A DNA stretch of 64,000 nt, from the NCBI GenBank assembly GCA_905178155.1, contig CAJINV010000012.1:735368-799367 (forward strand). Direction: 5' to 3'. This DNA is from Amoebophrya sp. A120 (taxonomy: Eukaryota > Protista > Dinoflagellata). Below are positions 24,838 to 37,526 of the stretch, in pieces. The notes under the pieces were generated by a model. It did not search any database and was not told where the DNA came from. It worked only from the letters and a program-made list of their open reading frames with translations. The translations under genes were made by a program, and so were the position numbers. The first letter of the stretch is position 1; each line of letters opens with the position of its first letter.

Positions 24838-26217
24838 AGGATTTTCTTTTTCCCACGAGGACGATGCACGATTTTCCATTCGCTTTGAAACAAAAATTAC
24901 GTACGAGTTGCACTATTTCGCTTCGTTCCTATCGTCCTATCGATCTGAACCAACCACCCGACACGCCCAATGGCGTGATCGGAGGAGAGAGGGCAAGGGC
25001 GTCTCGGTCCCTCACCGTAGAGACAGCCTACAGGGATGCCTCAAGCGTGATCGGAGGAGAGAGGGCAAGGGCGTCTCGGTCCCTCACCGTAGAGACAGCC
25101 TACAGGGATGCCTCAAGGCCCCTCCCCACACGCCGCAGCGCAGGCGGCCCGAAGAACCCAGGGAAGAGAACTGACATGATGAATTCGGGCGAACGAAAGA
25201 GGGGCCGGAGGACCGACCTTCGAGCCCTCGACCACCGCCAATCGCCGCGCAGAGGCGGAAAACCCCCTGCAAAACAACACAAGTGGAGCGCGCCCCGTGG
25301 TCATAGCCGCCAAGCTTTACGAACGGGAAAAGGCCATCTGGCCAACACGAGAAAACACAGAGATAAAACACACGACGGGCCGAAAAACCGTAGCCCCAAT
25401 AGTTGATACCTACGAGACAAAGCAAACCGCACTGCCCTGGACATGGGACACTGTTCCGCGCCTGTGTGGCGAGAGGGGCCACAGCCTATAACCCCAAGAC
25501 CCTACATCCCTCCACAGGAGGGTGGCGAAATGTCTTCCGGCGAAACGCAAACAAACGTCCCGTGTAGCCCGAACAAAACCAAAAAGAGAAGTACCCTCCA
25601 AAGCACCGTGGCCACATCATGGGGAATCCCGACACCGCGACAACAATAAAACAGCCTCCAAGCTGAGACCCTGCCCGCTCAGCCACTCGAGCTCGATTAC
25701 CTTGGGCGTCAGCGAGTGTAAGAAGAGCCTGCCCAGTAACAACCTGGCCGCGTCAATTGAAGTTCGTGCAAGCCATGAAAACCAGAAGCGGGTCTCCAGC
25801 AAGACCAGGAGCAAACCTACAACAAGTTCACTATCCCCTTAAGGCGGAGGCGCCCCTACGAAAACCGTGCCCCCGGATGCGCCCGACATCGGGCACGCCT
25901 GGTTCAACCACCAAAGAGAAGCCCTAAAAGAAAGTCCTGCGCTCTTCAAGGGTGCAGCAAAACTTACCGGGCTGGAAGAATGTACCCTACAACCGCCAGT
26001 CCTTCGTATGAATTTCAACACGATCCCGCCACCAAGTAAGGAAACCGAACCTGCGCCACGCGCATAAGGCTAACTCGGACACCGAAGAGCCAGAGAAATA
26101 AACAACGAAAGCCGACCAGGAGAGATAGTCCCCTGACAAAACCTCCAAGGATTTTCTTTTTCCCACGAGGACGATGCACGATTTTCTATTCGCTTTACAA
26201 TCAGAATTACGTACGAG
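24838..26217. mobile_element. ~1.2-kb intergenic insertion between ~70-bp direct repeats, probable retroelement fragment
   Basis: Repeat 24838-24907 resembles 26148-26217; internal exact 72-bp tandem duplication at 24973-25117; no recognisable domain. Confidence 0.55.
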
Positions 26218-27510
26218 CAGTTTTGGCACTACTTACAAAATTGCAGGAGGAAGAGCTGTTGTTTTTTTTTCTGTTCTTTCATTTTCACGTATCATTCGTG
26301 ATATGTTGGACAATACGGCCCCGCCAAGGTGGCGACGACGACCGCGACGACCAAGCATCTATCTGATCTTATCTATCATTGTCTGGATCGACACGACAAA
26401 AATTTGGACGGTTTTTCTTGTTTTAAAAATTCTTCTGGTGAGTATCGTCGTGATGGTCCTGGTGGTTGTGCTGTAGTACATCACTGACACTTCTGCGACG
26501 AGCCAGCATGTGGTTCTTAGTTTTGCCACAACTAGATGTTGAGCCCGTTGTATCTTATCTGCGAAATAAATCACGTCCTACTTGTGAACAACGTTCTTTA
26601 GTTCGTCGAAGCCAACTCCCTGCTGCTGCTGGACCTCTTGATCCTTTTTGTTTTTGTTTGTAAAAGTCCAGAAAGGGTGGGAATAAACTGCGTGCCTCGA
26701 AGTAGAGTTGTGAAGAAGAATTCTTGTTGTCCTGTTCAGCAACATCTCCAAACAAGAATCAACTGCTGGGGGGGTAGTACTTGGAGTTCTACTTGCACAC
26801 GAAGATGAAGAAGCAGAAACGTCGTAAACGAAGATTGGGATAAATCCTCACTTCTCGGTAGCGTTCTGCTCGACTGTTGATGTCTGATTCGTAGTTCTGA
26901 CCTCTTGTGGTCTCTGAGAGCGCGTGAGGGAGCAAAAACGAAATCAATCAATCAACTGTTCACATCTGAAGGATCTTGGGAGGCGATGTGAGCAGGTTCT
27001 GCGCCTCTGTTCTAAGTCTGTTTCTCTTCACTTGCCAGAGATGGGAACTTCTCTACTAATGAAGAAACTTAGAGCAAAGTAACTAGTAAAGCTTAAGGGG
27101 AAGCTGAACTTAAAAAAACTAAAAAATCTGTATTCTTGGGTTTGAATTTACTTGCCTTTAGCCTGTGAAAAAACGAAAAGAGTATTGTTTTGATAAAGAA
27201 AACCTACTTCGCTACCAACACCTACTTCGCTACCAACATTGGACTACCCTGGTGATATAAAGTTTCTTCGATAGTCTTAAAAAAAAAAAAATACAAGCTT
27301 CTTCGATAGTCTTAAACGAAAAAATACAACTGTGGTCAGGCGGGGCTGGAACTAGGGGGGGATTTTTTTCTTACAATATTCAGGACGATCAAGTAGTGGG
27401 TCTTCGACACTAGTAGTAGGCACGGTGTTACTGCAGATGTTGAAAGCGCTTGGTGCTTAGGCTCCTCGCACGGCAGGTGTCGTGAATGTCGTGTGCAGTT
27501 GGTATTGTTC

Positions 27511-30500
27511 TTAGCAGCACAGCAAGGGCTATCCACAGGAAATTTCCTGTACACGTACAAACGCAGTCTCTGCATCATCATCATCATCATGTAGTGGACA
27601 CCCGCTCCCAGCGCCACAGGTCAAGGATCCCCTCCCCGGGGGGTGGGCGAGGAAGCACTTTCGGCGACCTCAACATACAAAAGCCGAGCGCTACCACGGC
27701 AAGTCGCCCCAATAAAAGTGCCAACCAGTCGGGAGCTACCCACCACACCTGATCAACACAGCCCGGCCAGCTAGCCGAGCGCGACAGCCCAACATACAGA
27801 ACGATCCAGGACCCGACCCATTTTACGCCATAAGTTTTTGTTCTCACGGAAGAGACGACGTACCCCTTTGGGCTAAGGGGCGAGAGAAAAAACTTGCCTT
27901 CAGTCCTAGTCTAGCATGACAAGTTGGACACTGCAAGTTAGCGAAATTTGTCATGCATTTTGTACCTGTACGGGAAATTTACATTGCATAAGGGCGGTTC
28001 GACGTCAAGGTCGAGGTCCAGTTCCCTTGGATTGGGCATTTTTCGCACATTTGTGACAGACGAAACGATATCAACTGCAACAGTGTCTGGATCTGGAAGA
28101 GTCGAGGCTTGTCATGCACATTTTGCATGATCCGTGAGGTCTGTGATGCTGGTGCTAGCAACACAGATTTTTTGAGAGCCTCTTGATGCTAATTACGCAT
28201 GAGAAACGCGGCCCTCTCCGCGTGCCAAGAACTGAGTCCTCTTCCTTGCTGCTCATGCAACACAGCAATAATTTTTAGAATCCGCAGACACCATTGCAAG
28301 TTTCACTCTTCCAGACCTCCCAGACAAATTTGCAATCCATAGCCGAGAAGCTGGCGTTCTGTACTAGTGCCAAGCATTCCCGCCTCATCTTCCTTCTGCG
28401 GTGCGCCAGGGTCCACGTCTTCTTTGGACGAGTCGCCAGTTTGTTCTAGCCGGGACGGGGTAGAACTAGAAGAAGTTCGTCTTGCACTGCCGCAAATGAT
28501 CGCTTCGGTCGCGTTCGCCGCGGCCGGGCAGGCAGTCCCGTTATTCGCGGCGGCGACTGTCTGCACGTAGACCCGGGTTTTTTCCGTCCCATCCGACTCG
28601 CCAGCACATAACCCGGAAACCGTGGCGTTCCACGCGCCAACGCAATCGGTCGGGCAGGTCACGGTGTTGTTCGCTTCGGTGTGGTTGTGCGCAAACAAAC
28701 AGGTTTTTCCCCCGTGTTCCTCGGTCTGGGAAACGAAAAACGTCCGCGCAAGGGTTTCCCCCCGCCCGGTGCAGCGGTTTTCCAAAAGATCTTCCGTGGA
28801 ATTGTAATCCCAGGCCCCAATGCAGTCGGTCGGGCAGTACGCAAAAACCCTCGCGTTTTTTACGTGGGCGCAACTTTCTCCGCCATTCTCTGCTTCCTCG
28901 CTGATGGTAAACGTCCGATGCACCTCCTGCCCGGCATTTTGCTCAGTGCATTTCGCGGCCACCAATGCCGCCTCGTCGTCATAATCCCAAGCGCCGACAC
29001 AATCCTTCGGACAGACGATCGTCGCCGTTTTTCCCTTGTCCGCGCACTCCTGGCCGGTGAGCAGTTTCGGCGTTTGGATGGTAAACGTCCGTGTAAGTTC
29101 CTCGCCCTGGCCGGTGCACTGCTCTTTCAGCAACGCGTCGGTCGCGTAGTCCCAAGTGCCACGGCAGTCACGCGGACACGATTCCATCTTTCCCTCATTT
29201 TCTTGACAATCAATGGGATTTGCGCAGTCCGCGTCTTTACACTTTTCGCCGGGTGTGCTGTTGGGATAGCCGGCTGCGGCCGGCCTGGTGATCGCGTAGC
29301 GGTGGCTCACGATTTGCTCCACCCAATTTATTGCCCCGGGATCACACGCTTCAGCAGTTCTCCGCCACTCCCCGATGCAATCCGTGGGGCACTTTTCGGC
29401 TCGCTGTGTGATTGTTTCCAAGCAGTCTGCACCTGGCGCACCGTCCGAGCCTGGTTTTGGGTGGGCCTGCTCCACAAGCCTCTCAGTCACGACATCCTGG
29501 CCGTCGTTCCTCGCGCGCCGTGCGTTCTCCTCCGGTACCCAGGTTTGCACGCAGTCAACGGGGCACGTTTTGGTCTGGACCTCCCCCTCGGTGTACGGGC
29601 AATCCGTGCCGCCCCGCAGCGCAGTCTGGGTGATGCGGTATTCATGCGAGGCGACGCGCTGCCCCGTATTCACGGAATTTCCGTGAATGTCTTGACACCC
29701 GTCGGGCTGGATTAGGACAAACTCGCCGCGGCAGTCGCGCGGGCACTCCTTGAGCTTTGTGGCTCCGGCAGCCACCTTGCACGGTTGACCCGGAATGCCT
29801 GTTCTGCCGTCCTCTCTCACACCCGCAACTGCCGGCGCGGCCATGTACTCGTGTGTTATCACGGGAGCGCCTGTTTCACGGTCGCACGCTGTCGCAGGCT
29901 TGATCTCTACCCATTGTTCTTGGCAATCCCGGGGACACGTGATGGTCCGCGACACCTTTTCCCCTTTTGCCAAGTACCCCCTACGGAGGTTGTAATCGTG
30001 AATTTGCGCGACTTTTCCCCGCCCTGGCCGTTACACGAGTCGATCAGGGCCTGCTCGTATGAAATGTAAAAATGTCTGGGTCTGGAAGGATGCAACTTGT
30101 GATGCTATTTTTGGATTCTGAAAAAATCTGTGTTGCATGACAAGCAATAGGAACCCAGTTTCTTGTGCCACGTGAAGTAGTAGTAGTAGTAACCATTTAA
30201 CTCCTGGCGGGTTGGCGTTAGAACAGATTTAGCCTCTGCCAATACCTGGGCGCTAGAACAGATTTAGCCTCTGCCAATGCCCCTAGGTGGATACCCGATC
30301 CACTTCCTAACTACCACCCGGCCGCAGCCGCAGAACCGTTATCGATTGCTTACGCGTAACAACAACCGATGGGCGCTACTTGTGGCAGAACCCCCTTACC
30401 ATCCAAGCCCGCGAGCAAGGTGGAAATTCGGTGTGGCCTTGATGGGTTAGTCTTACAAACTTGATCGCAAACTTACGTCTGTGGCCGGCTGTGCGCTAGT

Positions 30501-33500
30501 ACGTATACTGGGGGTCTATCGATCATACCCGATGATCCTAATACGATGACGGACAACCCCGAAGCGTACCCCTTTCGAGCACTTCAGCCGACCTTGTGCC
30601 ACGTGAACAAGGCATTTCTCATGCGGGATAGGCATCAAGAAGCACTCAGAAAGTCTGTGATGCTAGGGCATACATTACAGCCGTCACGGGTCATGTCACG
30701 AGTGCATGACAAATTTTCCAATCTTCCAGACCCAGACATTTTTACATTTGATAGCTCGGTTGCGTAGTTCCAGCTCCCAACACAATCGCGCGGGCATACG
30801 ATCCATATGGGAGTGTCAGGATTGAAATCGACAAAGTTGAAATAAAAACTTCTCATGCTTAAAGTGCAAGGCATGAGGTGCCTCTGTTGCAGGGATCCGA
30901 CTGTGAGCCTGTTTGGGGTCTGCGATAGAGCTGCTGATGTAGCATGGCAAAAGCCGCCTTCTGTCCCTAAACAGCATGCCGACAAACTGGATTTAGACGA
31001 TGCCGAAACTCATTGTCATGCACCGCTTGGAGGTTCTTGGGCTTCCAACTGGTATCGATTTTATGCGTATACAAGTTATTTCAAGTCTGTCGATTTCAAT
31101 CCTGACACTCCCATAACCTTTCTCTTGAACCCATGCCAAGCCTCGCACGGGGTCCCACCAGGATCTGGATTTTTCGTGACGACGTAGACTATGGATTGCA
31201 AAAGTGTCTGGGTCTGGAAGAATACAAACTTGAATGTGGTGGATTCCAAAAAAATCTGTATTGCATGAGTAGCAAAGGAAACGCAATGCTTGCTACGCGA
31301 AGAGGGCATTTGTCACGTTGGGAAACTAAGGGCAGGGCGTCCCTGTGTTACTAGCCTACAACGGTAGCCATCGTCATCGTCATCGTGGCGCCGTGCGAGC
31401 ACGAACGCGGGCGGAGTGGTGACGGCCGGAAGGGTCAGGAGACCCAACTTTTTCGCGGGAAAGAAGACTGCTAAACCCGCACGCGGAACTTCGGCGGGCC
31501 GACGCAAAAAGTGCCGGCCTTGTACTGTGAAGCAGTCAAAAATCCAACGTCCTTATGCTCGCTGTTATTTAGCTCCTGCCGGTGATCGCAGCACCTGGAG
31601 CCCGCACGAACTGAAAGAGTAACGCGCAGCTAGGGACTGACTAGACTCGAACGCCTCTGACCACCACAAGGAAGCGGCGACCGTCTATATAAGTATTCCC
31701 CGAGCGGGCAGACGCCAAAGAGCAACTTTACTTAGTGGAGAAGCACGGAGATGTTGCTACTTGCCCGGATTAGCAGACCGGGGGAGGGACTAAATTAGGA
31801 GTGGCGTGCTATAATTCCCCACCGGAGATCGCAAAAAGGGCCTGGCTACATGTGTAAACTCAGTAAACAAACTTAAATATTGCGTAGAGGTAAGACTAAG
31901 CCCGAGCGGTAAACTAACATGAACTTCAGGAACGCCCACATACAAAATCTGCCCTACTACAAAACTCCCAACTGTTTAGCCACATACCCAGCAAACTCTA
32001 GCAGTAATCGACTTGGACAAAGCTATCACTACCGACGAGAGACAACAGCAAAGAGCTCCTGGGACGGCTGCAGCGTGAGCTTTTGTTGTTATCTATCTAA
32101 GTAGGGATGACGTTGTGTGCAAACCAATAACACGAGCGCCGAGGGAGAAAAGAAAAGTAAAAAAGCGGTAAAGTATCTACTAAGACACAGACCCATCTAC
32201 GAAAAAACCCCTCTAAAAAAAGTGAGGCAAGCCACAATGTAGTTGCTTTCATGGCGAGCAGCCGCAAACAAGGCGAGCAGCCGCAAACAAGGCCGAGAGG
32301 GCATTTGTCACGCGGAATAGGCATCAAGAAGCCCTCAAAAAATCTGTGATGCTAGCGCATGCATCACAGACATCATGGCTCATGCAAAATGTGCATGACA
32401 AGTCTCAGAATCTTCCAGACCCATTTTTTGCATTTGATAAATACCTGCCCAACCCAGCTCGCTCCCTGGCTACACCGGTTCTGGACATCCCAACGTGACG
32501 GAAGCCAACCTCTATCAAGAAGAGTGCAAATTTTTATATGTCTCCTGGGTCGTGCATCTGATGCTCTTGTCGCGACAAAACGTCTTTCATAATGAGATCA
32601 GAATCACGTTCACGATAAAAAAACCGCCTTGTGGTCATATTAAATCCACCTCCTGACAATTTGCACTTTTCAGTCTTGATGTTCAACAAACGAAAAGCTT
32701 TTGTTCCGCTACGGACTGAAGATTCCTTTGAGAAATACAAATTTTATTGCACTTGCTTTTGGTTCTTTTGCCAAAGAAAAACACGCACTGCAATAACATA
32801 TACACCTCGATCTATCTTCACCTCATTTCAACGGGCACCACAGGCTTGTTTCGTTCAAAACTTTATTGTCCAATGAAGAACTACATCTAGCAACTTGCAT
32901 CGATTCAACTCGACCAACACCAGCATCGGGATCGGAGGTGAGCGGCCCAGAAAACATATATATAATTATAATTTTTGCAACTCGTACGAGGCAATGCAGT
33001 CTTTCGACTTTATTCCATTTCCATGGCCCACTCGTAGTTGTTCCTCGCTCTCTTGGGCGAAAGAGGCCCCGGCGCGCGGCTTGTCTTCATTCCAAGAGCC
33101 GGCAGTTCGTGTTCTACCACCGTTGCCACGACCTCCAGACCCACCCGACCCATCTTCTGTGGTAAAAGAAGTCTTCGTCGAAACGGGAGACGCCGGACCA
33201 TTTCGACTTCTTGATGCTGAAGATGGCGCCACAAATGAAAGTGACGCACTTTTTGTTCTCTTACGCTGGTGCCCCTTCGCAGGTCGCGAGGCGGAAATTC
33301 GCAGCGCTTCAGCGGCGAACAAGTTGTCAACAAGAACTCCATAATGCGGTTCTCCACCAGCACCTGGCGAGCTGGGCCCGGTGAAAAGTACCATGATGAC
33401 GAAAGCAAAATAGTGCAGTACAGCTACGTCGTGAACGAAATAAACAGGCCGTCCTTTCTTGCGGCGGTGCACTGGTTCTTTCAGGAGGATCTCCATCTCC

Positions 33501-33538
33501 CCCTCTTTGCCAGAGAGCCGCGAGAGGTGCAACTTCAT
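27511..33538 (-). CDS. TSP1/spondin-like Cys-repeat protein C; 5 introners, 1 GT-AG intron (32512-32987), apparent frameshift near 29950 (possible pseudogene)
   Basis: Collinear with paralog D; joins give GQVF|VVT, YATE|QALI, LG|SSVT and EPP|LLCC*; N-terminal hydrophobic segment HYFAFVIMVLF. Confidence 0.8.
27530..27990. mobile_element. Introner, family F, with nested (CAT)n-tailed insert at ~27580-27885
   Basis: Family-F TIRs, perfect TSD AGGGC; about 300 bp longer than other F copies. Confidence 0.9.
28069..28341. mobile_element. Introner, family A
   Basis: Family-A TIRs; TSD AACGA/GCCGA (paralog D has a single GCCGA). Confidence 0.88.
30058..30753. mobile_element. Introner, family A, with nested retroposon-like insert
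   Basis: Family-A TIRs, perfect TSD GCTCG; empty site in paralog D near 35905. Confidence 0.92.
30177..30592 (-). mobile_element. Non-LTR retroposon-like fragment
   Basis: 15-bp TSD CTTGTGCCACGTGAA (30162-30176 / 30593-30607) and a (TAG)n tract at one end. Confidence 0.8.
30806..31115. mobile_element. Introner, family B
   Basis: Near-perfect TIR TATGGGAGTGTCAGGATTGAAATCGACA; TSD ATCCA/ACCTT diverged; frame restored. Confidence 0.9.
31190..32439. mobile_element. Introner, family A, with ~1-kb nested insert
   Basis: Family-A halves at 31190-31317 and 32296-32439; TSD TAGAC/AATAC (paralog has AAGAC). Confidence 0.85.
31318..32295. mobile_element. Retroposon-like insert
   Basis: 17-bp TSD AGAGGGCATTTGTCACG (31301-31317 / 32296-32312); ends in a 19-bp tandem GGCGAGCAGCCGCAAACAA x2. 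Confidence 0.75.
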
Positions 33539-34658
33539 CTTGTCGCGCCACGACCTGTCAGTAGAGCAAGCACCGAGCAGGCCGACCACACTTCTAGGGG
33601 AATAAGTAGGCGACGCGCTGCGTCGAAGTAGAAGAGGATATCGAATTGGCAACTAACGTGCTACGTTAGTCCTCCTCAAGGACGAATAAACTTTCTCGCA
33701 AGGGGCCGCACACAGAAACTACTTCTACATTTACACGGGAGTCGGGGGAGGTGAGGGTCACCGAAGATTTCATACAGCCTAAATTTTATCTCCGTTGAAA
33801 GCTGGCTGCGAGCTGTCTTGATGAATCAATTGTCGTGGTGTGCTGTTTTGATATCTCAAATAAAGCGACAAGAACTACTGCTTGTTCTTCGTCATCGTCT
33901 TGCTGTCTGAGCAAGAGGATTTGTCGGAAATAAACTCTTCATCACGACGTCTCGAACAAGGAAGTAAGGAGGACGACAAGAAATTTGGGTAAAAACGACA
34001 CAAATTCCACGACACCCAAAACGTAAAAAACGGACGCAAAATTATTTTGGCACGAACGATTAACGCTTTTTCTTGCCGAGTTGTCGTGAACGATGGTTGC
34101 AGTACCTGAACGAAGACAACGAGGGTAACGACGACAAAGCGCGTCAGTGAACAACGTTTAGTGCGTCGAAGCCAACCCTCTGCTACTGCTGGTCCTCTTG
34201 ATCCTTTTTGTTTTTGTTTGTAAAAGTAGTCCTCCAGAAAGGGTGGATATAATTGCCTCGAAGTAGAGGAATGGTAAAGAAGAATAAGAATTCTTGTTGT
34301 CGTATTCAGCAACATCTAAAACAAAAAGCACCTGCTGGGGGGGTAGTAGTTGGAGTTCTAGTACTTGCACACACGGAGAAGAAGCTGAATTGTCGTAGCG
34401 AAGCTCGGGATCATCATTCCCCATTCCGTAGCGTGCTGGTCAAATGATTTCTGACTCGTAGAAGTTCTCTTTTGACCTCTATTTAGGGCGATTAAGTAGA
34501 TACAATTCGACACTAGGACAACTAAGCAACATAAACATTTTATTGCAACATCAAGAAGGGGTAGAAGTTGCGCAGCCTCCTCGCGGCGCGACGTAATATT
34601 CAATTTCACGTGTCGTGAAAGTACGTAGTCTAGTACCAGCAGCTGCTATTGTTCATTC

Positions 34659-37526
34659 TTAGCAGCACAGCATGGACGGCTCGACTTTATTAACGTCGAG
34701 GTCCAGTTCCCTTGGATTGGGGATTTTGCGTACACTTGTGACGGATGAGCCGAGGGCGGCGCCGCCAAGCGTTCTCTCATCTTCATTCTGCGGTGCGCCC
34801 GGTTCCTCTGTGGACGAGTCGCCATTCGGACAGACGATCGTGGCCGTTTTTCCCTTGTCAGCGCACTCCTGGCCGGTGAGCAGCTTCGGCGATTGGATGG
34901 TAAACGTCCGCGTGAGTTCCTCTCCTCGGCCGGTACACTGCTCTTTCAGCAAAGCGTCGGTCGCATAGTCCCAAGCGCCGCGGCAGTCACGCGGACACGG
35001 TTCCTTCTTTTCTTCGTTTTCTTGACAATCAATGGGATTTGCGCAATCCGGGTCTTTACACTTTTCGCCGGGCGTGTTGTTGTTGGGATAGCCGGGTTCG
35101 GCCAGTCTGGTGATGGCGTAGCGGTGGCTCACGATTTGCTCGACCCAATTTATTGCCCCGGGATCTTCACACGCTTCAGAAGTTCTCCGCCACTCCCCAA
35201 TACAATTCGTGGGGCACTTTTCGGTTCGCGGTGGGATTGTTTCCCAGCAGGCTGCACCTGGCGCATTGTCCGAGCCCGTTTCTGGGTGGGTTTGCACCAC
35301 AAACCTCGCAGTCACGACATCCTGGCCGTCGTTCGTCGCGCACCGTGCGTTCGACTCCGTAACCCAGGTTTGCACGCAGTCGACGGGGCACGTTTTGGTC
35401 TGCTCGTCGCCAGCATCGTTTCCGCAATCCGTGCCGCCCCGCAGCGCAGTCTGGGTGATGCGGTATTCATGCGAGGCGACACGCTGCCCCGCTTTCACGG
35501 GAAAGCCGGCACACCCGTCCTGCTCGAGGGGGACAAAATCGCCGCGGCAGTCGCGCGGACACTCCTTGACTTTTGTGGCTCCGGCAGCCACCAACTCTTC
35601 GGTCTGCTCGTCTCTGCACGGTTGGCCCCGAATGCGTGTGGTGCCGTCCTCCTTCACTCCCGCAACTGCGGGCTCGGACATGTACTCGTGTGTTATCACG
35701 GAGTCGCCTGTTTCACGGTTGCACGCTGTCGCAGGCTTCTCTTCCCATTGTCCTACGCAGTCCTGGGGACACGTGATGGTGCGTGTGGCTCCGTCTCTGA
35801 AGTTGCACTCTCTCCCGTTCTGCCACGTTCCGTGCTGTACGGGGATTGTAATCGTGAATTTGCGCGACTTTTCCCCGCCCTGGCCGTTACACGAGTCGAT
35901 CAGGGCCTGCTCAGTTGCGTAGTTCCAGCTCCCAACGCAATCCCGCGGGCATGTGATCCATCTCGAGGCCATATGCCCAGCCACGCACGGGGCGCCACCA
36001 GCAGCTGGATATTGCGTGACGACAAAGACCTGCCCCACGGCCCTCCCGTGCAAATATTCGTGCTCGCACTGGTCCTTGACGTCATCGTCTGGCGGGGCCC
36101 AACCTCTATCAAGAAGAGTGCAAATTTTTATATGTCTCCTGGGTCATGCGTCTGATGCTCTTGTCGCGACAAAACGTCTTTAATAACGAGATCAGAATCA
36201 CTATCACATTCACGATAAAAAAGCGGCCTTGTCACGAATCCACCCGACCACGCTTTACAGGTTGGAGGCCTGATCTTCAAAAAAGCTTTTCCGCTAGCGG
36301 CGCTACCGAGGATTATACCTTTGAGGTGGACTACAAATTTCGGCCTTGCTTTTGTCAAAGAAAAACCCGGCGCGGCGCGGCAATGATACTACACCGCGGG
36401 CGGGGCCGCCTCGCTTCAACGGGCGCCGCTGGCTTTGTCTCTGTTGTTCATGTGATCAGAATCCTCCCAAGGGGAATCAGTGAGGGCCCTGGCCCCCCCC
36501 ACACCTGTATAGCACCTTACGCACCCATGGGCCCACCCATGAAAGGGAGAGGGGCCCCGCCTAGCTATAGCGCTCGCCATGGCGTAGCACGTAGCTAGCC
36601 AGTTCGTGAAACGCTGACGAACGCGAACGCAATGGGCTTGCAGGAAGATGCAACGCAGCCAGATGCTTTCGCCCTGTCTGCTGAGGGGTTTAATCGCTGC
36701 AGGCTCCTTCTAGGACCTCTAGAGTGGGAGCTTTGGCCGCTCAGTGTGGCAGGTGTGTCCAATCATGTCCAACAATTTCAAATAAGCTCTATCTTTTATA
36801 AAGACCACACCTAGCAACTTGAACTTGCATTGATTCAACTCGCGAAATACAAATATGAATATCGGAGATGAGCCCAGCAGGCATAATAAATTTTTGCAAC
36901 TCGTACTCGCCTTGGCAAGGTATCGGCGGCACTCCCTTTCCATGGCCGACTCGTTGTTCTGTCTGGGCGAAAGAGGCGTCGGGCGGCATGTCTCTATAAT
37001 TCCACCCTCCAGCACTTCTTCTTGTGCCACCTTTGCCACGACCTCCAGAGCCGCCCGACCTATTTTTGGTAAAAGTCCTGCTTGTCAAAACGGGAGACCT
37101 CACCGCCGGAGAACTTCTTGATGCTGGCGCACTTTTTATTGTCCACTTACGCTGCCCCTTTTCAGGTCGCGAGGCGGAAACTCGCAGCGCTTCAGCGGCA
37201 AATAAGTTGTCAACAAGAACTCCATGAAAATGCGGTCCTCCACAAGGACCTGGTGAGCTGGGCCCGGTGAAACTGAAAAGTACCATGATGACGAAGACGA
37301 ATAAAGCAAGATAATGCAGTACAGCTACGTGGTGAACTTCGAAAACAGGCCGTCCTTTCTTGCGGTGGTGCGCTGGTGTTTTCAGAAGGAACTTCCCGCC
37401 CTCTTCGCAAGAGAGGTGCAACTTCATCTTGTCGCGCCGCGACGTGTCAGTAGAGCAAGCACCGAGCAGGTCGACACTAGGAAAATTGTAAGCAGCCACT
37501 CGCTGCGTCGAAGTACAGGAGGACAT
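34659..37526 (-). CDS. TSP1/spondin-like Cys-repeat protein D; one GT-AG intron (36106-36906), no introners
   Basis: Exon 1 has a hydrophobic segment (HYLALFVFVIMVLFSF); join PCQGE|GWAP; CPRDCxGxW repeats; ends VEPSMLCC*. Confidence 0.85.

Noticed and set aside
27200-27330. Short tandem duplications (18 bp and ~36 bp); a similar one near 8410-8467
   Set aside because: Ordinary slippage-type duplications in flanking DNA.
28681-36155. Long plus-strand ORFs (28681-29715, 34893-36155, also 273-965)
   Set aside because: Antisense shadows of the minus-strand genes.
36106-36358. Conserved in-frame TAA (HDPGDI*KICT) in paralogs C and D, suggesting stop-codon readthrough or recoding
   Set aside because: It lies within a GT-AG intron (36106-36906; 32512-32987) whose removal gives a better C..G.W motif, and long exons such as those of UBA2 have no internal stops.
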